Source of the DNA: a bacterium
GTDB lineage: Bacteria; Bacillota_I; Bacilli_A; Izemoplasmatales; UBA1188
Reading direction: 5' to 3'
Assembly: GCA_017541975.1 (NCBI GenBank)
Contig: JAFXYB010000021.1
Span: 197-64,196, forward strand
DNA: 64,000 nucleotides
In this document: in pieces, positions 27,111-36,108 of the stretch
Position numbering within the stretch: position 1 is the stretch's first letter
How the letters are laid out: each line of letters opens with the position of its first letter
Program-made: the position numbers and the translations under genes
Notes under the pieces: model-generated
Told to the model about the DNA's origin: nothing
The model's database searches: none
The model's input: only the letters and a program-made list of their open reading frames with translations

Positions 27111-28890
27111 TCATTGAGGTGTTTTCACCAAATTCAAACACTTTATCGTTTGTTGGAGTCCATTCAGTCCATTCAACAAGGCCAGTTCCGTTTGGATTAT
27201 CTGTCTTAATGAAATTTATAAAATATGAAGACATCTTATTAGAAAGAGCTATATCAGTATCATCATAACGATAACGTCTTGAAGATGATTCAATATTCTT
27301 ATAGGCATAGATCATCTCGCCGGAATGCCATGTACCAAGATATCCATTTTCTTTTGTGAAGAGATATTTATAAACTTTAACACCATTATTATAGGCCATA
27401 TTTGACCAAGATTCATGTGGATATACAAACCAATAAGTAGATATTATTTCCATAAATGCCTTGTAGGCATCATCATCGGAATTGATTTTTCCATCATAGA
27501 TGGATAATAGGTTATCGGTTTCATCTTTAAACACATCTTGAAGTCTTTCTTTATAATTATTGAGATTAGGAAGGGCTTGGAATGAGAATAAATACTGAGG
27601 TATTAAGAAACAATCAGCTTCATTTAAATTACAACCATTAAGAAGTATTTCTTCATTTTGGCCACCTTCACTATAGATTTCATATGGTGTTTTAGGAAGA
27701 GCGTAGCCATCGACTGTCATTGATGAGTTTTTATATTGTGTTTTAATTAATGTTTCAGCATCAAGAGCTCTTAATTCTTCTAATGTTGAAACATTAAATT
27801 CTTTTTTAATATTTTCACCCATCTTATAAGCATCTTCTAAAGTTCTAAATGTATGTGGTGGGTTTTTAAGCACAGTTGATGAAGATTCACCGATTGCCTT
27901 TTTAAAATATCCCTTGGCAAGTGGTGATGCACAAAGAGCTGATACTGATGACGAACCTGCGGATTCACCACCGATTGTGACATTGTCTTTGTCGCCATTA
28001 AATTTGATGATATTCTTATTAACCCATTCAAGTGCTTTGATTTGATCTAATAGTCCATAATTCCCTGTGGTATTATTTGGAGATTCTTCTTTTAATTCTT
28101 CGAGTGCAAGATAGCCAAATATACCAAGACGATAGGCAACTTGTACAAAGATAACACCATTTCTTGCATATTCAATACCATTATAATCAGAAAATGCAGT
28201 TGAACCACTGGTGAGTGAACCACCATGGAAGAATACGAATACAGGAGTATTTGAAGTTGCATTTTTAGGTTTATAGACATTGAGATATAGGCAATCTTCA
28301 CTCATCTCTTGATCCTTTGTTGGGAGAAGATGAATATTCCAGTTCTTTTCTAGATAGATATCTTCTATACTTGATATGAAAGCGTTGCTCTTGGCTTGCA
28401 TTGCCTTAGGTGCATAGTTTGAACAGTCTTTTACTCCTTCCCAGTTGTCAACATCTACTGGTTCTTTCCATCTAAGTTCACCTACTGGTGGTTTTGCATA
28501 AGGAATTCCTGTATAGATTTCTACTTCACCATTGTCATCTATTACACCTTGTATATCTCCACTGTCAAGATGCAATACTTCTGTTTTATTTGCTTTATAG
28601 TTTAATGCAGAAATTATAGATGGCTTAACACCAAGAGAAACCATTGACAGTGTTAAGAGTGCTACCATTAATACGAAATATAGAAATCTTATCAATGGTT
28701 TTCTTTTCATTATTCTAAATTGATTAAATACAAATAAAACATATATCAATAATGATACAATCACACCTAAAATAGTTAGATTCAACATATCAACGAAGAA
28801 TACAACTATCGCTAGTCCAAAAATAGATAGAATCAATCTTATGATTATACCAAGAATACTTGTTTTCTCATTTTCAGCAGTTGTTTTCAT
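27052..28890 (-). CDS. Type-B carboxylesterase/lipase with N-terminal triple-TM anchor
   Basis: 612 aa. Three hydrophobic helices in the first about 95 aa, then GIPYAKPPVGELRW, the nucleophile elbow GGESAGSSS and an oxyanion-hole FFHGGS-like motif. Confidence 0.8.
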   Translation of the reverse strand: MKTTAENEKTSILGIIIRLILSIFGLAIVVFFVDMLNLTILGVIVSLLIYVLFVFNQFRIMKRKPLIRFLYFVLMVALLTLSMVSLGVKPSIISALNYKANKTEVLHLDSGDIQGVIDDNGEVEIYTGIPYAKPPVGELRWKEPVDVDNWEGVKDCSNYAPKAMQAKSNAFISSIEDIYLEKNWNIHLLPTKDQEMSEDCLYLNVYKPKNATSNTPVFVFFHGGSLTSGSTAFSDYNGIEYARNGVIFVQVAYRLGIFGYLALEELKEESPNNTTGNYGLLDQIKALEWVNKNIIKFNGDKDNVTIGGESAGSSSVSALCASPLAKGYFKKAIGESSSTVLKNPPHTFRTLEDAYKMGENIKKEFNVSTLEELRALDAETLIKTQYKNSSMTVDGYALPKTPYEIYSEGGQNEEILLNGCNLNEADCFLIPQYLFSFQALPNLNNYKERLQDVFKDETDNLLSIYDGKINSDDDAYKAFMEIISTYWFVYPHESWSNMAYNNGVKVYKYLFTKENGYLGTWHSGEMIYAYKNIESSSRRYRYDDTDIALSNKMSSYFINFIKTDNPNGTGLVEWTEWTPTNDKVFEFGENTSMIEDPFNKLYSFFNDFDLSR

Positions 28891-28904
28891 AGTTCTCCTT
28901 TAAC

Positions 28905-28929
28905 AAAAAAGAGCCATAAGCTCTTTTTT
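28905..28929 (-). terminator. Terminator after rubrerythrin
   Basis: aaaaaagagc-cataa-gctctttttt, an A/T-flanked hairpin 12 nt after the rbr stop. Confidence 0.55.
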
Positions 28930-28940
28930 TATGTTTAATA

Positions 28941-29588
28941 TTAATAATTTTCAGCGTTTACTTCAAAATAGCTTTGTGGATGTGCACATACTGGGCAAAC
29001 ATCTGGAGCCTTTGTACCGATTACGATATGACCGCAGTTTCTGCATTCCCAAATCTTAACTTCGCTCTTTTCAAATACTTGCATCATTTCAACGTTCTTT
29101 AATAAAGCACGATATCTTTCTTCATGATGCTTTTCAATTAAAGCAACACCTCTAAATTTAGCTGCGAGTTCAGGGAATCCTTCTTCTTCTGCAGTTTTAG
29201 CAAAATCTTCATACATATCAGTCCATTCATAGTTTTCACCATCTGCAGCAGCTGCTAAATTTTCAGCTGTAGTACCGATACCATTTAATTCTTTAAACCA
29301 AAGTTTTGCATGTTCTTTTTCATTATCTGCAGTTTTTAAGAATAATGCAGCAATTTGTTCAAATCCTTCTTTTTTAGCTTTAGATGCGAAATAAGTGTAT
29401 TTATTTCTTGCTTGAGATTCGCCAGCGAATGCAGCGAGTAGGTTTTGTTCTGTTTTAGTTCCTTCGTAAGGGTTCTTTTTTAATTCCACTAATTTGTCTC
29501 CTTTTACTTTACATACTGGGCATACTGGTTCAACGCCATCTTCTACAGTGAAGATTTTTCCACATACAGTGCATTTGTAAGTTTTCAT
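28941..29588 (-). CDS. rbr: Rubrerythrin with rubredoxin-like CxxC pairs at both termini
   Basis: Ferritin-like diiron core ([33 protein letters not shown]). C-terminal CRNCG...CPVC and an extra N-terminal CTVCG...CPVC. Confidence 0.85.
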   Translation of the reverse strand: MKTYKCTVCGKIFTVEDGVEPVCPVCKVKGDKLVELKKNPYEGTKTEQNLLAAFAGESQARNKYTYFASKAKKEGFEQIAALFLKTADNEKEHAKLWFKELNGIGTTAENLAAAADGENYEWTDMYEDFAKTAEEEGFPELAAKFRGVALIEKHHEERYRALLKNVEMMQVFEKSEVKIWECRNCGHIVIGTKAPDVCPVCAHPQSYFEVNAENY

Positions 29589-29610
29589 TTCTTATATCTC
29601 CTATTATTTA

Positions 29611-29985
29611 TTATGCTTTCCATAGACCATGAAGATTACAATAAGCATATACTGCTAGAACTTCATCGCCATCTAAAAGTGGGAATACAACCTTTGGTTC
29701 ATCGCCAGGATTAAGTTTCTTTCTTTGATTACCAAACTTTGTTTGAATAGATACCCATTCAATAAAATGTTCTGGAGCCATTGGATGAGCTACAGATCCA
29801 ACAGATACTTCAACTAAGTTACCTTTAACATTTACTACTGGTACATGCTTTTCTAGTGAAGCATCAACTGTTCCTGGAACTAATTCTTCCATTTTTTCAC
29901 CACAACATACTAGTGGGACACCAGTTTTCTTAACGATTGCGACAATTTGTCCACAATGTTTACACTTGTAAAACTTCATTTCCAT
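29611..29985 (-). CDS. dfx: Desulfoferrodoxin (2Fe superoxide reductase)
   Basis: 124 aa. N-terminal desulforedoxin-like CKHCG...CCG, then the neelaredoxin core HVPV...HPM..EHFIEW...CNLHGLW. Confidence 0.85.
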   Translation of the reverse strand: MEMKFYKCKHCGQIVAIVKKTGVPLVCCGEKMEELVPGTVDASLEKHVPVVNVKGNLVEVSVGSVAHPMAPEHFIEWVSIQTKFGNQRKKLNPGDEPKVVFPLLDGDEVLAVYAYCNLHGLWKA

Positions 29986-30032
29986 TTCTTTAATATCTCC
30001 TATACTTTATTATATTTGTTTATTCTGAGTTA

Positions 30033-30061
30033 ATTATACTATAGAATTTTTTTATTATCAA
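30033..30061 (-). promoter_or_regulatory. Near-consensus promoter of the dfx-rbr operon
   Basis: Minus strand TTGATA (30056-30061), 17 nt spacer, TATAAT (30033-30038). TTACAATTGATAATAA overlaps the -35. Confidence 0.55.
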
Positions 30062-30079
30062 TTGTAATGCTTGTGAATA

Positions 30080-30406
30080 CTAAGAGATTATTTTTCCGTT
30101 ATATTTTTTAATAAAAATAAATAGTAATACGATAGATAAAAATAAAGATCCAAAAAGGATTGATAGTACTATATATGAATTAATATTTTCTCTAAATAAT
30201 AATGCTGATAGACCAGATAATAAAGTTCCTAGCCCAGCAACCAAAAGAGATAGACCAGTTGAAATACCAAGCGCTTTTCTATCCTCTTCTTTCACGTTTT
30301 CTCGATGATAGCTATGTAGCAATTCAATGTTCCCGTTGTATAGACAAACTGAAAGAACACATAAAACCATGCCTACTACAATTGTTATAATTCCATATGC
30401 AATCAT
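30080..30406 (-). CDS. Small membrane protein (DUF3784-like, uncertain)
   Basis: 108 aa, 3-4 TM helices, central LLHSYHRENVKEEDRKAL loop. Confidence 0.5.
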   Translation of the reverse strand: MIAYGIITIVVGMVLCVLSVCLYNGNIELLHSYHRENVKEEDRKALGISTGLSLLVAGLGTLLSGLSALLFRENINSYIVLSILFGSLFLSIVLLFIFIKKYNGKIIS

Positions 30407-30447
30407 TTTTTATCCTCCTATAAGGATATTTTACATTGGTTCTCTTG

Positions 30448-30942
30448 TCACAAAATTAGATTTTTTAAAAAGATATCTGCATCTTCTCTTGTTTTAAATT
30501 CTATTATTGTTTTCTTATTTTTATATTCTTCTAGAAGAGTTTTAGTTTTAGGAAGTTTGTCTTTAAACCAATTTATTATCCATTCCCTAAATTCGGGATC
30601 AAATTCTTCTTCTACCCAAGGAATATCTGACCTTTCTTTGCCAACCCTTGATTCTGCGCTTTTTAAGCATAGTTCAATAGGATAATTTAGGAATATTATT
30701 GTATCTGATGCATTCATTCTCATCTCATATGTTCTACTATAATCTCCATCTATTATCCATTCATCTTGTTTTAAGATGATGCTAAGTTGTTTATCGAATT
30801 CATCTCTTGAAATATGAGTTTTATCCTCTTTCCAAAAAATATTATCTAAATGATATAGAGGTAAATTCAATATCTTTTGTAGCTTCCTTGAAAATTCTGA
30901 TTTCCCAGCACCAGATGGTCCAATAACTATTATTCTTTTCAT
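30448..30942 (-). CDS. P-loop NTPase, adenylate-kinase-like / topology-modulation (FlaR-like) family
   Basis: 164 aa. IVIGPSGAGKSEF Walker A, then WIIDGDY and DTIIFL motifs typical of this small kinase-like family. Confidence 0.7.
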   Translation of the reverse strand: MKRIIVIGPSGAGKSEFSRKLQKILNLPLYHLDNIFWKEDKTHISRDEFDKQLSIILKQDEWIIDGDYSRTYEMRMNASDTIIFLNYPIELCLKSAESRVGKERSDIPWVEEEFDPEFREWIINWFKDKLPKTKTLLEEYKNKKTIIEFKTREDADIFLKNLIL

Positions 30943-30946
30943 TTTT

Positions 30947-32197
30947 TTAGTAAACGATTGAACCGATGGTTGCGAGTAGGCTCGCGAAGATTACGATATA
31001 GCCAAATATATCTTTGCCAAAGAATCCAGTTATGGTTTCGCTTGCTAAGAATTCTGGTTTCAGTTTTTCTTTCTTTCTTGAGATGATAAACGATACTACA
31101 ATCGCTGTACTTGTGAGAATTTGAATGCCACCAGCCACAGTTGATAGTTTTGATAGAGTTGTGGCGCCAAGAACACCAATTATTATGGCAATAATTAAAG
31201 ATGGCAGTGAAGATATAACCCAACATATCTTCTTATTTAATTTAGTTTGTTCAGAGATGATATCTCTTAAATTGAGGGTGTTTGCCCATAGGCTTGTAGA
31301 ATAAGCAAATAGGCTAAATACATATCCAAATATTTGAACAGACCTACCGAGTGTTTTAGAAGACATTACTGAATCAAGATAATCGCCAAGATCGACAGAT
31401 GCTGGTCTATTATCTGAAAGATTCTCAGCACCAGCACCAATTACCGCAGATAATGTGATGATAGTAATTAATACTGCATTGATCAGTTCTGATAAGATGA
31501 TTGACCATCTTATTTTCTTTTTATCGCCATCAAGACCTTTTACGATTGTTGGGACACTCATTACTGCACTCATCGCAAAACTAACAATACTGAAAAGACC
31601 AAGAATTACTTTATATGCTTCCTTGTCTTTGGTTATTGTGGTGAGGGAACCAGCTGATGGCGCAATCATCATAACAACACCGAATAATAGGATGACACCT
31701 ATTAAAACATAACTTGATATCTTTTCACTGACACCAACAACTTTCATTCCAAACATTACGACAAATCCTGCAAAAGCATAATAGATAAGCATAGATAACC
31801 AGTTTGGAAGGTTAAACCACGATTCAAGAACACTAGATGCACCCGTGATATAAGCTGTACAATTAATTATTACTGATAGACCGAGGAAGGCAAAGATTAT
31901 CCAAGTTACTATTTTTGTTCCCTTTGTATCTTTTCCTTTAAATAATTCATTTCTCATACACTCAACAAATTGAGCGCCTTTGTTGTTCAATGATAATTCT
32001 GCAATCATAAGATGCAAAAGGATGTTTACTAGAAGAGTAACTATTAGTATCCAAATATAATCCCACCAGTTATTAAGACTTGCAAGATATGGGATTGCAA
32101 GAATTCCCGCCCCTACTTCATGACCTAATAACACACCAGTGGATTCTAAAAATGTAAATCGGGCTTCAGAATTAATATTTCCATTTGTGCTATCCAT
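30947..32197 (-). CDS. Amino acid permease (Aa_trans / HAAAP-like)
   Basis: 416 aa, about 11 TM helices, N-terminal GVLLGHEVGAGILAIPY motif. Confidence 0.65.
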   Translation of the reverse strand: MDSTNGNINSEARFTFLESTGVLLGHEVGAGILAIPYLASLNNWWDYIWILIVTLLVNILLHLMIAELSLNNKGAQFVECMRNELFKGKDTKGTKIVTWIIFAFLGLSVIINCTAYITGASSVLESWFNLPNWLSMLIYYAFAGFVVMFGMKVVGVSEKISSYVLIGVILLFGVVMMIAPSAGSLTTITKDKEAYKVILGLFSIVSFAMSAVMSVPTIVKGLDGDKKKIRWSIILSELINAVLITIITLSAVIGAGAENLSDNRPASVDLGDYLDSVMSSKTLGRSVQIFGYVFSLFAYSTSLWANTLNLRDIISEQTKLNKKICWVISSLPSLIIAIIIGVLGATTLSKLSTVAGGIQILTSTAIVVSFIISRKKEKLKPEFLASETITGFFGKDIFGYIVIFASLLATIGSIVY

Positions 32198-32290
32198 ATT
32201 TATAACCTACGCTTTATATTTGTTTTATTTATAGTTTTAAATAGATTGTTTCATCACTATATATATTATATCATAGATATAATGTTTAAG

Positions 32291-33106
32291 TTATAACATT
32301 AAATGTGCAGTTAGATTATTGCCTTTTACTTTTTCAAATCCAAGCTTTTCATATAATCTTATTGCAACATTATTATCTATATCTACATATAACATAATTC
32401 TTTTATTATTATATAACTCAATCGCATAGGAGAGCATATCGGTTGCAATACCTTGATTTCTATATTCTTCCTTTACAAAGACAGCATAAGGTTCATTCTC
32501 TTCATATTTATGAGTTATATCTACATATCCTATAACTTTATTATTCTTAATAGCTAAAATAACTCTAAATCTATCTAATGCAGTTAATACTTTTTCACCA
32601 GTCCAATAAGTATCCTTCTCATGAATATTAATATATTCTTCTTTATATTCATCAGTATATAGTGTTACTATATTTTTTCTTTTAATGTTGGCGAAGTTTA
32701 TTAATTGCATCTTTTGTTGCTCAATCTCAAAATTTGCATTATATATCCTAAGTAGTGATGTTAAGAAATCATTTTTAGGGTTATATACAAAGTCAACTTT
32801 ATATCCTTTGTAGTTTGTATCTAGATAATTAAATAACTCTTTATATGCATCAGCATTATCAGATAATCCAACAATCATCTCAGCATATTTTTCTTCTTCT
32901 ATTACTAAAAATACAAAGAATCCAATTATGGTATAGAAATCATCGAATATTCCAAAAACTAAATTGTCTTTCTTTTCTAATGATTCTAATAAATTCTCTT
33001 TAATCTGAACTTCATTAGATAGCATAGGGTCAGAATACTTATCACTCAGATTAATTCTATTTATAAAATCCATGTATTTGTCTATGTTATTTATTTGCTT
33101 TATCAT
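32291..33106 (-). CDS. GNAT-family N-acetyltransferase with N-terminal extra domain
   Basis: 271 aa. The C-terminal region VFVKEEYRNQGIATDMLSYAI matches the acetyl-CoA binding motif A (R/Q-x-x-G-x-A). Confidence 0.7.
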   Translation of the reverse strand: MIKQINNIDKYMDFINRINLSDKYSDPMLSNEVQIKENLLESLEKKDNLVFGIFDDFYTIIGFFVFLVIEEEKYAEMIVGLSDNADAYKELFNYLDTNYKGYKVDFVYNPKNDFLTSLLRIYNANFEIEQQKMQLINFANIKRKNIVTLYTDEYKEEYINIHEKDTYWTGEKVLTALDRFRVILAIKNNKVIGYVDITHKYEENEPYAVFVKEEYRNQGIATDMLSYAIELYNNKRIMLYVDIDNNVAIRLYEKLGFEKVKGNNLTAHLML

Positions 33107-33237
33107 TTTATTCGCTCTTAAGTTTTTCTATATTTATCATCTATATTATAAACTACATTTATGCTATAATAAAGGTGTAAAAGGAAGTTGTAAAATATGA
33201 GACATCGTATTGTACTCAAACTACAACTTAATAATAG

Positions 33238-33494
33238 GAATTTAACTCTATTGCATATAGATGCAATGGAGTTTTATTTTTGAAAAAAACAGGAGGATTT
33301 AATATAAATAATATGGAAAAGAAGTATGAATTAATAAAATTGACTTTTGGAACGCATCTATGCTGTCATAAATTTAAAGATGGGAGTTTCTATCTTATAT
33401 GTTTAAAAAGAAAACTAACAAAACACCTAAGAGTGAGATTAAAAAAGCTATAAATGAATCTAATGATTATAAAAAAGAAATAGAGGAAAACTAT
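33238..33494 (+). pseudogene. Remnant of a Gp49/HigB-family (RelE superfamily) toxin gene, truncated and frameshifted
   Basis: Frame A (to about 33402) reads ...KKYELIKLTFGTHLCCHKFKDGSFYLIC. Frame B (from 33399) reads MFKKKTNKTPKSEIKKAINESNDYKKE. Joined, they match the C-terminal two-thirds of Gp49-like toxins (lyElR...yRi.Y...ivlLh.F.KKtqKTP..Ei..A). The N-terminal part is not recognisable and there is no stop before the antitoxin ATG. Confidence 0.5.
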
Positions 33495-33771
33495 ATGAGA
33501 ACTTGGGAAGATTTTAAGAAAAATGCAAAAGGGATTGATTCAACAATTAAAGAAGATATTGAGGAGATGGAAGCTTTAGCAAGAATCATAAGTGAAATAA
33601 TAAGAAAACGAAATGAATTGGGAATTACTCAAAGAGAGCTTTCAAAAATTTGCGGTCTTCCTCATTCTTCGATTGCTAGAATTGAATCATGTGTTGTTAA
33701 ACCAAAGGTAGATACATTGTTAAAAAATAATGAAGCCGTTAGGATTAACTCTTATTACTACTACTTTTTAG
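33495..33771 (+). pseudogene. XRE/HigA-type HTH antitoxin gene with a -1 frameshift in an A6 run
   Basis: MRTWEDFKKNAKG...LGITQRELSKICGLPHSSIARIESCVVKPKVDTLLK is a typical HigA-like HTH. After the A-run at 33722-33727 the present frame reads through a terminator into tRNA-Cys. One extra A restores ...KIMKPLGLTLITTTF with a stop at 33769-33771. Confidence 0.6.
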
Positions 33772-33786
33772 ATTATTTATATGAAG

Positions 33787-33814
33787 AAAAAGGACTGATT
33801 AATCAGTCCTTTTA
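33787..33814. terminator. Bidirectional intrinsic terminator (antitoxin gene / tRNA operon)
   Basis: aaaaggactgatt|aatcagtcctttt, a perfect 13-bp arm palindrome with T-runs on both strands. Confidence 0.7.
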
Positions 33815-33822
33815 TTTCGTTA

Positions 33823-33896
33823 TGGAGGAGCCTCCCGGATTTGAACCGGGGATCAGGGAGTTGCAGTCCCTTGCCTTACCGCTTGGCTAAAGCTCC
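33823..33896 (-). tRNA. tRNA-Cys (GCA)
   Basis: 74 nt folded by hand. Acceptor GGAGCTT/AGGCTCC, anticodon loop CTGCAAC, T-arm CCCGG-TTCAAAT-CCGGG, encoded CCA. Confidence 0.92.
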
Positions 33897-33913
33897 ATGC
33901 TCTTATAAAATAA

Positions 33914-33990
33914 TGGTCGGAAAGACAGGATTTGAACCTGCGACATCCTGGTCCCAAACCAGGCGCACTACCAAGCTGTGCAACTTTCCG
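33914..33990 (-). tRNA. tRNA-Pro (UGG)
   Basis: 77 nt. Acceptor CGGAAAG/CTTTCCG, anticodon stem CCTGG/CCAGG with loop TTTGGGA, T-loop TTCAAAT, encoded CCA. Confidence 0.92.
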
Positions 33991-34028
33991 ACATTATTTA
34001 TTTTTATTAAGTTGTTTATCGCTCGTGC

Positions 34029-34105
34029 TGGCACGCCCAGCAGGAGTCGAACCCGCAACCTTTTGATCCGTAGTCAAACGCTCTATCCAATTGAGCTATG
34101 GGCGC
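34029..34105 (-). tRNA. tRNA-Arg (ACG)
   Basis: 77 nt. Acceptor GCGCCCA/TGGGCGT, D-arm GCTC-AATTGGATA-GAGC, anticodon loop CTACGGA, T-loop TTCGACT, encoded CCA. Confidence 0.92.
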
Positions 34106-34132
34106 ATCAGAAGTCATTTAACACGCATAAAT

Positions 34133-34160
34133 ACTATATCACAAAATAGTTAAAAATCAA
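34133..34160 (-). promoter_or_regulatory. Putative promoter of the tRNA-Arg/Pro/Cys operon
   Basis: Minus strand TTGATT (34155-34160), 16 nt spacer, TGaTATAGT extended -10 (34133-34138), about 28 nt upstream of the tRNA-Arg 5' end. Confidence 0.45.
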
Positions 34161-34183
34161 GTAAAAAATATTTTTTATAATTT

Positions 34184-35086
34184 TTACTCATAAATAGATA
34201 TTTCGTATGCTTTTAATTCTTCATCTACTTTATGATAATACTTTTTAAAATGCTTGAAATATCCCTTTGTTTCATCTGTGATATATATACTTGGAATATC
34301 ATCGTTTTCAAGATATCCTTTGAAATCGTATCTACCATTAACTCTCCAAGGATTTAAGATGCCAGGTCTTATTGCATCTTTTGGACATTCAAATACACAT
34401 CTCATGCATGTTGTACAATGAGCTCCGAACTTGATGCCTTTTTCAGTTAGTTTTATGTTTGATGCTGGACATCTTTTGATACATGTACCACAATTGCTGC
34501 ATTTATCTTTCTTTACGTGATAGAAAGGACCAACAGCCCACGAGCAAATCCATTCAATTCTAAGAAGCATTGCGAAAAATCTTGTGATAGGATTATATTT
34601 TGGTCTTTCTTCTTTTCCTAACATAATCTTTTTAGCAATCATCTTGCACATAGCCATAGTGTACAAATACATCTGTTTAGCAAGAGAATCTTTATATCTA
34701 AACATAATGTTATATGGCATCAGCATATGAGTATCCATTATTATGTCATAACCTTTTTTCTTTAACGATTTATAACATAGGATACTTGATGCGCTATTTG
34801 GATGAAATGGTTCGCCTGATGTTTTAAAGAAGAATACCTTGGTATTGGTTTCAGTTTTTGGAAGTAATCTACAAAAATCTACAAAGATTTTAGGTGCATT
34901 AAAAGCGTGGATTGGGTATCCAAGTCCGACATAATCATATTTAGAAGAATCAGGAATATCTTTGTATGGTCTTCTTACAAAGTATGTATCTACTGTAACA
35001 TCTTCTTCTTTAAAACTTTTTTCGATTGCCTTAGCGGCTAATATCGTATGTCCAGTACCGCTAAATGTGCATAGTAGTACTTTCAT
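34184..35086 (-). CDS. EFR1-like flavodoxin-fold / 2x[4Fe-4S] ferredoxin-domain protein
   Basis: 300 aa. N-terminal flavodoxin-type loop CTFSGTGHT and two CxxCxxCxxxCP motifs (CSNCGTCIKRCP, CTTCMRCVFECP). Its start shares nucleotide 35086 with the upstream SDR stop. Confidence 0.75.
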   Translation of the reverse strand: MKVLLCTFSGTGHTILAAKAIEKSFKEEDVTVDTYFVRRPYKDIPDSSKYDYVGLGYPIHAFNAPKIFVDFCRLLPKTETNTKVFFFKTSGEPFHPNSASSILCYKSLKKKGYDIIMDTHMLMPYNIMFRYKDSLAKQMYLYTMAMCKMIAKKIMLGKEERPKYNPITRFFAMLLRIEWICSWAVGPFYHVKKDKCSNCGTCIKRCPASNIKLTEKGIKFGAHCTTCMRCVFECPKDAIRPGILNPWRVNGRYDFKGYLENDDIPSIYITDETKGYFKHFKKYYHKVDEELKAYEISIYE

Positions 35087-36108
35087 TATTCACTCTTTTT
35101 AGCTTTCTTTTCTGGGTAACCGTTTGGATATGCTTTTTCCATGGCTTCGATGATACCTTCATAAACACCACCTCTACCAAATCCTAATAATTTTGAATTC
35201 TTTTCTATTTCTTCTTCAGGAATATACATTTTTTCACTCATTATATCAAGCATTAGATATTTGAAATCAAGACCGGCTTGATTTCCTTTTTTAGCTTCAG
35301 GTTTTGCAACAAATTGGTTTGCACCCCATGCAGCAATTCTTTTTCCTGCGTGGCAAATAATTTTCTTAGCGTGAAGACCATCGCAGAAAGCCTTTAACAT
35401 ATAATCAAATGATTCATTTAAATCACCGATTGGATATCTTTCTCCACCTTTACCATTTTCAAGCGCACCAATTGCGGCTTCACCGATGTGTTTAACGTGA
35501 ATCATTGTAGTTCCACCTTTAGGGAAGAATACGAATTTACCTTTAAAGAATCTTTCAACAAATACATCTTTCCAAAGAGGAGTTCTCTCAGGCATTGCAC
35601 CAAAGATATATGGAAGTTCAAGAACTACGACTTCCATTTCGTCTCCACCAGCTTCAATTAGGCTCTTAGCTTGTTCAATACGGCATTTAACATATGGATG
35701 ACGTTCTCCAATCTTCTTTTCTGGATAGAGTCTATCAAATGTTGCAAAGTATGAGTTAAATACTACGGCTTTTTTAACGCCTGCTTTTCTTGCGGCAGTA
35801 AATAGTCTTGTTGGGTGAACCACAAGTCTTTCATGGAAGAAATCATATGATGGGGCTTTTGGAGTGACTCTATCATCTGGACCAACTGAATAGATTAAAT
35901 AATCAAATCCTTTGAAGAGTTCAGTTAGTTCTTCTTCGCTCATTTCGAATACATCACCATAGTGAACATCAATTTCTTTTGGATACCATCCTTCTAGGTT
36001 AATATCATCTAAAGATAAAGATGCAACTTTATATCCTTTCCTTAAAGCTTCTAGTGCTGAATAATAGCCTAAAAAACCAGTACCACCAACAATCATTAAA
36101 TTCTTCAT
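35086..36108 (-). CDS. NAD(P)-binding Rossmann protein, atypical SDR / epimerase-like
   Basis: 340 aa. N-terminal VGGTGFLGYY (GxxGxxG). No clear classical YxxxK. Confidence 0.7.
   Translation of the reverse strand: MKNLMIVGGTGFLGYYSALEALRKGYKVASLSLDDINLEGWYPKEIDVHYGDVFEMSEEELTELFKGFDYLIYSVGPDDRVTPKAPSYDFFHERLVVHPTRLFTAARKAGVKKAVVFNSYFATFDRLYPEKKIGERHPYVKCRIEQAKSLIEAGGDEMEVVVLELPYIFGAMPERTPLWKDVFVERFFKGKFVFFPKGGTTMIHVKHIGEAAIGALENGKGGERYPIGDLNESFDYMLKAFCDGLHAKKIICHAGKRIAAWGANQFVAKPEAKKGNQAGLDFKYLMLDIMSEKMYIPEEEIEKNSKLLGFGRGGVYEGIIEAMEKAYPNGYPEKKAKKSE

Noticed and set aside
30939-31226. 95-aa minus-strand ORF overlapping the permease 3' end in another frame
   Set aside because: The permease frame is continuous and hydrophobic-helical throughout, whereas this alternative frame is Trp/His/Asn-rich nonsense.
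33399-33890. 163-aa track ORF that looks like one HTH protein running into the tRNA region
   Set aside because: It is a chimera. The first 32 codons are the tail of a HigB-like toxin remnant and the middle is the HigA-like antitoxin. After an A6 run the frame reads through a perfect terminator hairpin (33787-33814) and into tRNA-Cys. The -1 frame gives the canonical antitoxin C-terminus and a stop at 33769-33771.
33841-34149. 102-aa plus-strand ORF
   Set aside because: It lies entirely antisense to three hand-folded tRNA genes (Cys, Pro, Arg) and their spacers, and has no RBS.
33823-34160. Intact integrative element or prophage at the tRNA cluster
   Set aside because: No integrase, recombinase, excisionase or phage structural genes lie on either side. 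I did not notice a duplicated tRNA 3' end acting as an att repeat. Only the TA remnant hints at past integration.
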